From positions 5,992,724 through 6,056,723 of the forward strand of contig MU054338.1 of the NCBI GenBank assembly GCA_013239625.1: a DNA stretch of 64,000 nucleotides. Direction: 5' to 3'. The position numbers were made by a program, and so were the translations under genes. The notes beneath the pieces are model-generated. The model was not told the DNA's origin. It saw only the letters and a program-made list of their open reading frames with translations, and made no database searches. Each line of letters starts with the position of its first letter. The stretch's first letter is position 1. Below are positions 59,811 through 64,000 of this stretch, one piece after another. Source of the DNA: Lama guanicoe. Lineage: Eukaryota.

Positions 59811-62699
59811 TAGCGGGCCAGGGAGGATGGTGGAGGGTCCCTCTTTCTTCCTCTGAATGCCAGGGTCCAGCCCAGCCCTGGGCTTCCACCAGACAGACCA
59901 ACTCCAGCTTTCAGAGCCTCAGTCTTTTTCTGCAAAAAGGGCATTGTTGTGCTGCCGACTCAGTGCCTCTAGGGACCATGCGAAGAGATTGATTGTCTGT
60001 TAAGTATGTGTGCTCATGTCTAGCATGTTGTAAATGTCTAGAAAACAGGAGGTCCATGTGGGACGGTCCCCATGGCAGTTGGTTGCTGGGCAGAAAAAAA
60101 CCCTCCCTGTTTGTTCAGTTCAGTAAGTGGCAGGAACCAATCTCAGACCATGAAAAGGAAATACATTATTCACATAATTTGGTGACAGCTTCAGGTGTAG
60201 CTGGATCCAGGTGCTTAAATATCATCAGGAATCTCTAATTCTTTCTTTCTCTTCCTGTGTGCATCCTGGAGGCTTCTCTCTCAAGCGAGCAAAGATTACC
60301 CCACCTCTCCGGGCATCTATTCTTGCAGCAACATGGACTGGGAGCCCCTCAATCCAGATAGCACCAGTAAAAATCCCAGGGGTGGCTCTCCTTGGCTGGC
60401 TTGGGTCATGTGCCATCACTGAGCTAATGACTGTGTCCCTCATTGCCCAGGCCCAGATCCTGGGGATAGAGGAGTCCCACCCAAATCCTCAAGGAGGAAG
60501 AGGTTGCTCCCTGGAGGAAGTACTGAGTCCTCATGCCAGGAAAGGGGATGTGGGATGTGCAGAACGGCAGCTGCCCCACCACCACTGTCCTGAGGCCCCT
60601 GGGAGAAGCTGCCAGAATGATTCATAATAATAACAGCTGTTCTTTATTGAACACCAGCCTGGTGCTGAGTGCTCTGATAAGTGTTTCCCCCATGGAGGGG
60701 CTACAAACAGTGGGCTGTGCAGCCAGGCAACCTGGGTTCAAATTCCACTTCTTAGTGTGTGACCTGAATGAGCAGCGTCACCATCTCCAGGTCTCAGCTT
60801 CCCCATCTGTGAAGCGACAGAATAACGGTCACCACCCCTAGAGCCCGTGTGAATTAGCGCACTCAGTAAGCACTCAGTCAGTGTTTGTTGCTGCTTCTAC
60901 TGATGATGTTCAGGTCAACTCCATTTGCATCTGGGGAAACCAAGGCTCAGGGAGAAGCTTCACTTGCCCTGTGTCACACAGCTGGGATCAAAGCCCAGGC
61001 CGGCTTGAACCTGCAGCCAGGCTCAAAGGTGGAGCTCAGATCCGCATCCCAGCCTCGAATGTCAGATGGTCAGAGCCCCATGGAGGGACCGGTGGGCACA
61101 AGCTGGAGGGCGGGGACCCAGCTGTGTTTTCTTGTTTCCCCATGTTGTTCCTGGCCAGCTCTGGACTCCACCCCTGGGTTCTGCGTCTATCCCAAACATC
61201 CAGCCCTGCGACTCTGGCCCCCAGCCAGGGGCTCCGCCCGGCCCAGCCTCAAGATCTCTTGAGAGGCAACCTCCATTCCAGAGATGCTTCTAGGGCAGCC
61301 ATGGGGCCTCCTTCCTCCAGGACACACAGACGTAGTGATGCCCCACACTATGCAATCTGCTGCCCCCAGAAAGTTCTCCCTTATGTCTCCCTTAACTCCC
61401 TCTTGCTGCAGCCAGCCTCAATCTCTGCCATGCTTGTGCCGAACTGGCATGTGCTAATTCATTTTAGCGCCTTCTCATTCAGCAAATGTTTATTGAGTGC
61501 CTGCTATGGGCCAGACTCTTCTAGACACTGGGGACACAGCAGTGAACAAGACAGACAAAAGCCTCCTCAATAAACAGGAGACCACAAGAAACAAGTGAAG
61601 AAGTATCATTTCAGAGGACACATGTTTGAAGCAAATAAAACAGGGGCATGGGGTGGTGGCCTGGGTTCAAATCCTCATTTCCATGATCCCTAGCTCTGTG
61701 CCCTTGAGCGAGCTGTTTAACCTCTCTGTGCTGCACTTGCAGATTGGGGGTCCTGATAGCCCAATGTCACCAAATCAGTGTGAGCTTAAATGCATCAGTT
61801 GGTGTTGGTTCAACGTGGTACCAGGCACTGCTGGTTGCTCAAGGGTTAGCTGTTGGCTCTTTGAACCAAGATGTGAAAGGAAAGAAGCATTCGGGTGATA
61901 GCTTGACAGGTGTTTGGGCCACATGTTCTTTTAGGTCGATCAGCTCAGAGGATGAGTCAGGGAGGGCTCCCTGGGGGAGGAGGCAGCAAGGAGCCCAACC
62001 TCTCTGCCACCTAGAGTTTGTTCACTGCAGCCAAGAGCAGGGATGGTAAGAGGCAGCCTTCCTCTTAGGCTGGCAAAGGTAGGTGAGGTAGGCAGAGGCC
62101 TGGAGACCCCATAAAGTCTCAGCCACCCCTCACCTTTCAAAGGCACCACAGGGATTAGTGGGGGAAGGAGCAGCCAGGCACATGCATCCATAGGGTCTCT
62201 CCAAGGCTCTGAAATTTCCTGTGCTCTTGTTTGAAACATTCCTATGAAAGCAATTCATATTCTTTGTGGAAGGTCTGGAAAATACGGAAGAATCTACAAC
62301 ACAAAGTAAAACCCCCATCAACCCACCACCGCCCAGACACAGCTGCTGTCAACACTTCTTCTTTCCTTCCATTTTTTTTTTGTAATGCGGAAAATAATAT
62401 GTAGTTTTCAATTCTGGCGACACCAAGCTGATGGAATTTGCTGTGCTGCCTTATTTTATTTTTAAAAGCATTTAGGCAGCCCTGACTATGGGCCAGGGCA
62501 TCATTTGATGCCCATTTCATATTTTAATTCATTTATACCTCCAGGGCCCCAATGAGGTGGGTGGTGTTTTTAACCCTCATTTTACAGATGAGGAAACTGA
62601 GGCACAGGGAGATAAAGGAATTTGCCCACAGTTCTCAAAGCCAGGATTTAAACTCTTTGATTTCTTTGATTTAACATTATGCCAGGGAAATTTCTTCTT

Positions 62700-62849
62700 A
62701 ATTTTTTTTCCTTAATTTTCTTTTTGTGAAGGGGAGGAGGTAATTAGGTTTACTTACTTATTTTTTTTTAGAGGAGGTACTGGGGTTTGAACCCAGGGCC
62801 TTGTGCATGCTAAGCGTGTGCTCTATCACTTGAACTATACCTTCCCCGC
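62700..62849 (-). mobile_element. tRNA-derived SINE (Vic-1-like)
   Basis: GAGGTACTGGGGTTTGAACCCAGGG..GAACTATACCTTCCCC. Confidence 0.8.
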
Positions 62850-63079
62850 CTTAATTCTTCTTAATTGCTTTACACACCATCTCCCGTGGACTCTCTCCCT
62901 TCCTGCACTGGTTGGCCAAGTGATTTAAATTTTTAAAATTTTCTTTTTGTACTTAAGGAGCCCAAACCTGAGTTAATCTAATTCTTTGGCTGGTGGCAGC
63001 TAGCCCCAATGGGCTGCATGTGGCACCTGTCTTATTTTGCTTTAATTCTTTTTCCAACTTCGTCCTCCATCTTTATTGC

Positions 63080-63450
63080 TGAAGGTTGACAAACATTTTC
63101 AGCTTTGCAAGGCATCTGATCTCTATTGCAGTGACTCAGTTCTTCCCCACCCTCCCCACCACCTCCAGCTTTACTGCGATATGTTTAATATACAGAAAAT
63201 TGCACATTTTTAATATATACATTTTGATGAATTTGGTGCCTCCGTTCTGCCTTTGTAACATGTAAGCAGACATAGACAATATATAAATGAACGAGCATGG
63301 TTATGTGCCAATAAAACTCTATGGGCAGACACTGAAATTTTTATTTCATACGGTTTTCACATGTCCCAAAGAGATTCCTTCTTTTCATTTTTTTGCAGCC
63401 ATTTCAAAATATAAAAACTGCCCACAGGCTGTGGTTCACCACCCTCTGCT
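63080..63450. mobile_element. MER58-like hAT-Charlie DNA transposon fragment
   Basis: GCAGACATAGACAATATATAAATGAACGAGCATGG..GTGCCAATAAAACT. Confidence 0.6.
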
Positions 63451-64000
63451 CAATCACACCCCGCCCTCCCCACTGTAATATCATTCCTTGCAACCCACCT
63501 TCCAGAAGCTATATAGATATCTTAGTATTCTTAAAAAATATGCCCTGTGCCTGTTTAATTTCCTAAAATGGTATTGTGCTTTAGTTTAGGGGAAAAAAAA
63601 ATCTCATTCTGTTTCCTATTTTTTTCTTCCCTACACACTGTTTTCGAATTCTCCACCCTGATGTTTATAAATCTGGTTTGTCTCTTTTAATGACTGTGTA
63701 GCTTTCCGCCCTAGGTATGTGTTCTTTCTCATCTGATCCCCCCCTTGGTGGGCACCTAGGTTACTTCCAGCTCCTGGCTGCCGTGAACAGTGCTGGTACT
63801 ATCATTGTCTGCTCCTTCCCAAGGGATTGCTGGGTCACAGAGAATTCAATTCATTCCAGATTTTGTCTGGTCTTCTCTGGAAAAGGTCTTCCTGTCCACG
63901 CTCCCAGCAGCCATGCTTTGGTCTGAGGTGCCCATTTCCTCACATCCCTACTAACATATAGTTTTACCTGTCTTTCTAAATTTTTGTCCATCTTAAGCTG

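Noticed and set aside
60881..61573. 230-aa plus-strand ORF in a KANK2 intron
   Set aside because: Non-ATG start, overlaps MIR/L2 fragments, no KANK2 similarity.

Overview
Mammalian genomic DNA, probably camelid: about ten copies of a tRNA-derived Vic-1-like SINE are present. The window covers the DOCK6 / ANGPTL8 / KANK2 locus. Bases 1-14.4 kb are repeat-rich intergenic sequence. DOCK6 (+ strand) runs from a CpG island at about 14.5-15.1 kb to a stop at 54495. Its exon 1 is garbled next to a 24-N gap; exons 2-48 were traced base by base, plus two extra in-frame cassette exons. ANGPTL8 (- strand, 4 exons, 198 aa) is nested in DOCK6 intron 14. The 5' part of KANK2 (+) starts about 0.7 kb after the putative DOCK6 poly(A) region. 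There is no prokaryotic-type system or new protein-coding gene. The most interesting signals concern splicing and regulation: (1) a recursive-splice-like exon in KANK2 whose skipping would turn a uORF into an in-frame alternative N-terminus; (2) two paralogous DOCK6 cassette exons, one with a 575-nt AG-free zone, with opposed QKI motifs; (3) an intron with 19 extra CAGGT(A/G) donor-like motifs; (4) two GC-AG introns in the DHR-2 region; (5) an 80-bp duplication of the exon-17 acceptor; (6) 7-bp-periodic DR1 arrays; (7) a consensus CTCF site behind a 15-nt microexon; (8) Gln at the ANGPTL8 position equivalent to human R59W. Gene identities come from recalled human protein sequences and repeat family names from visual recognition; no database search was run.
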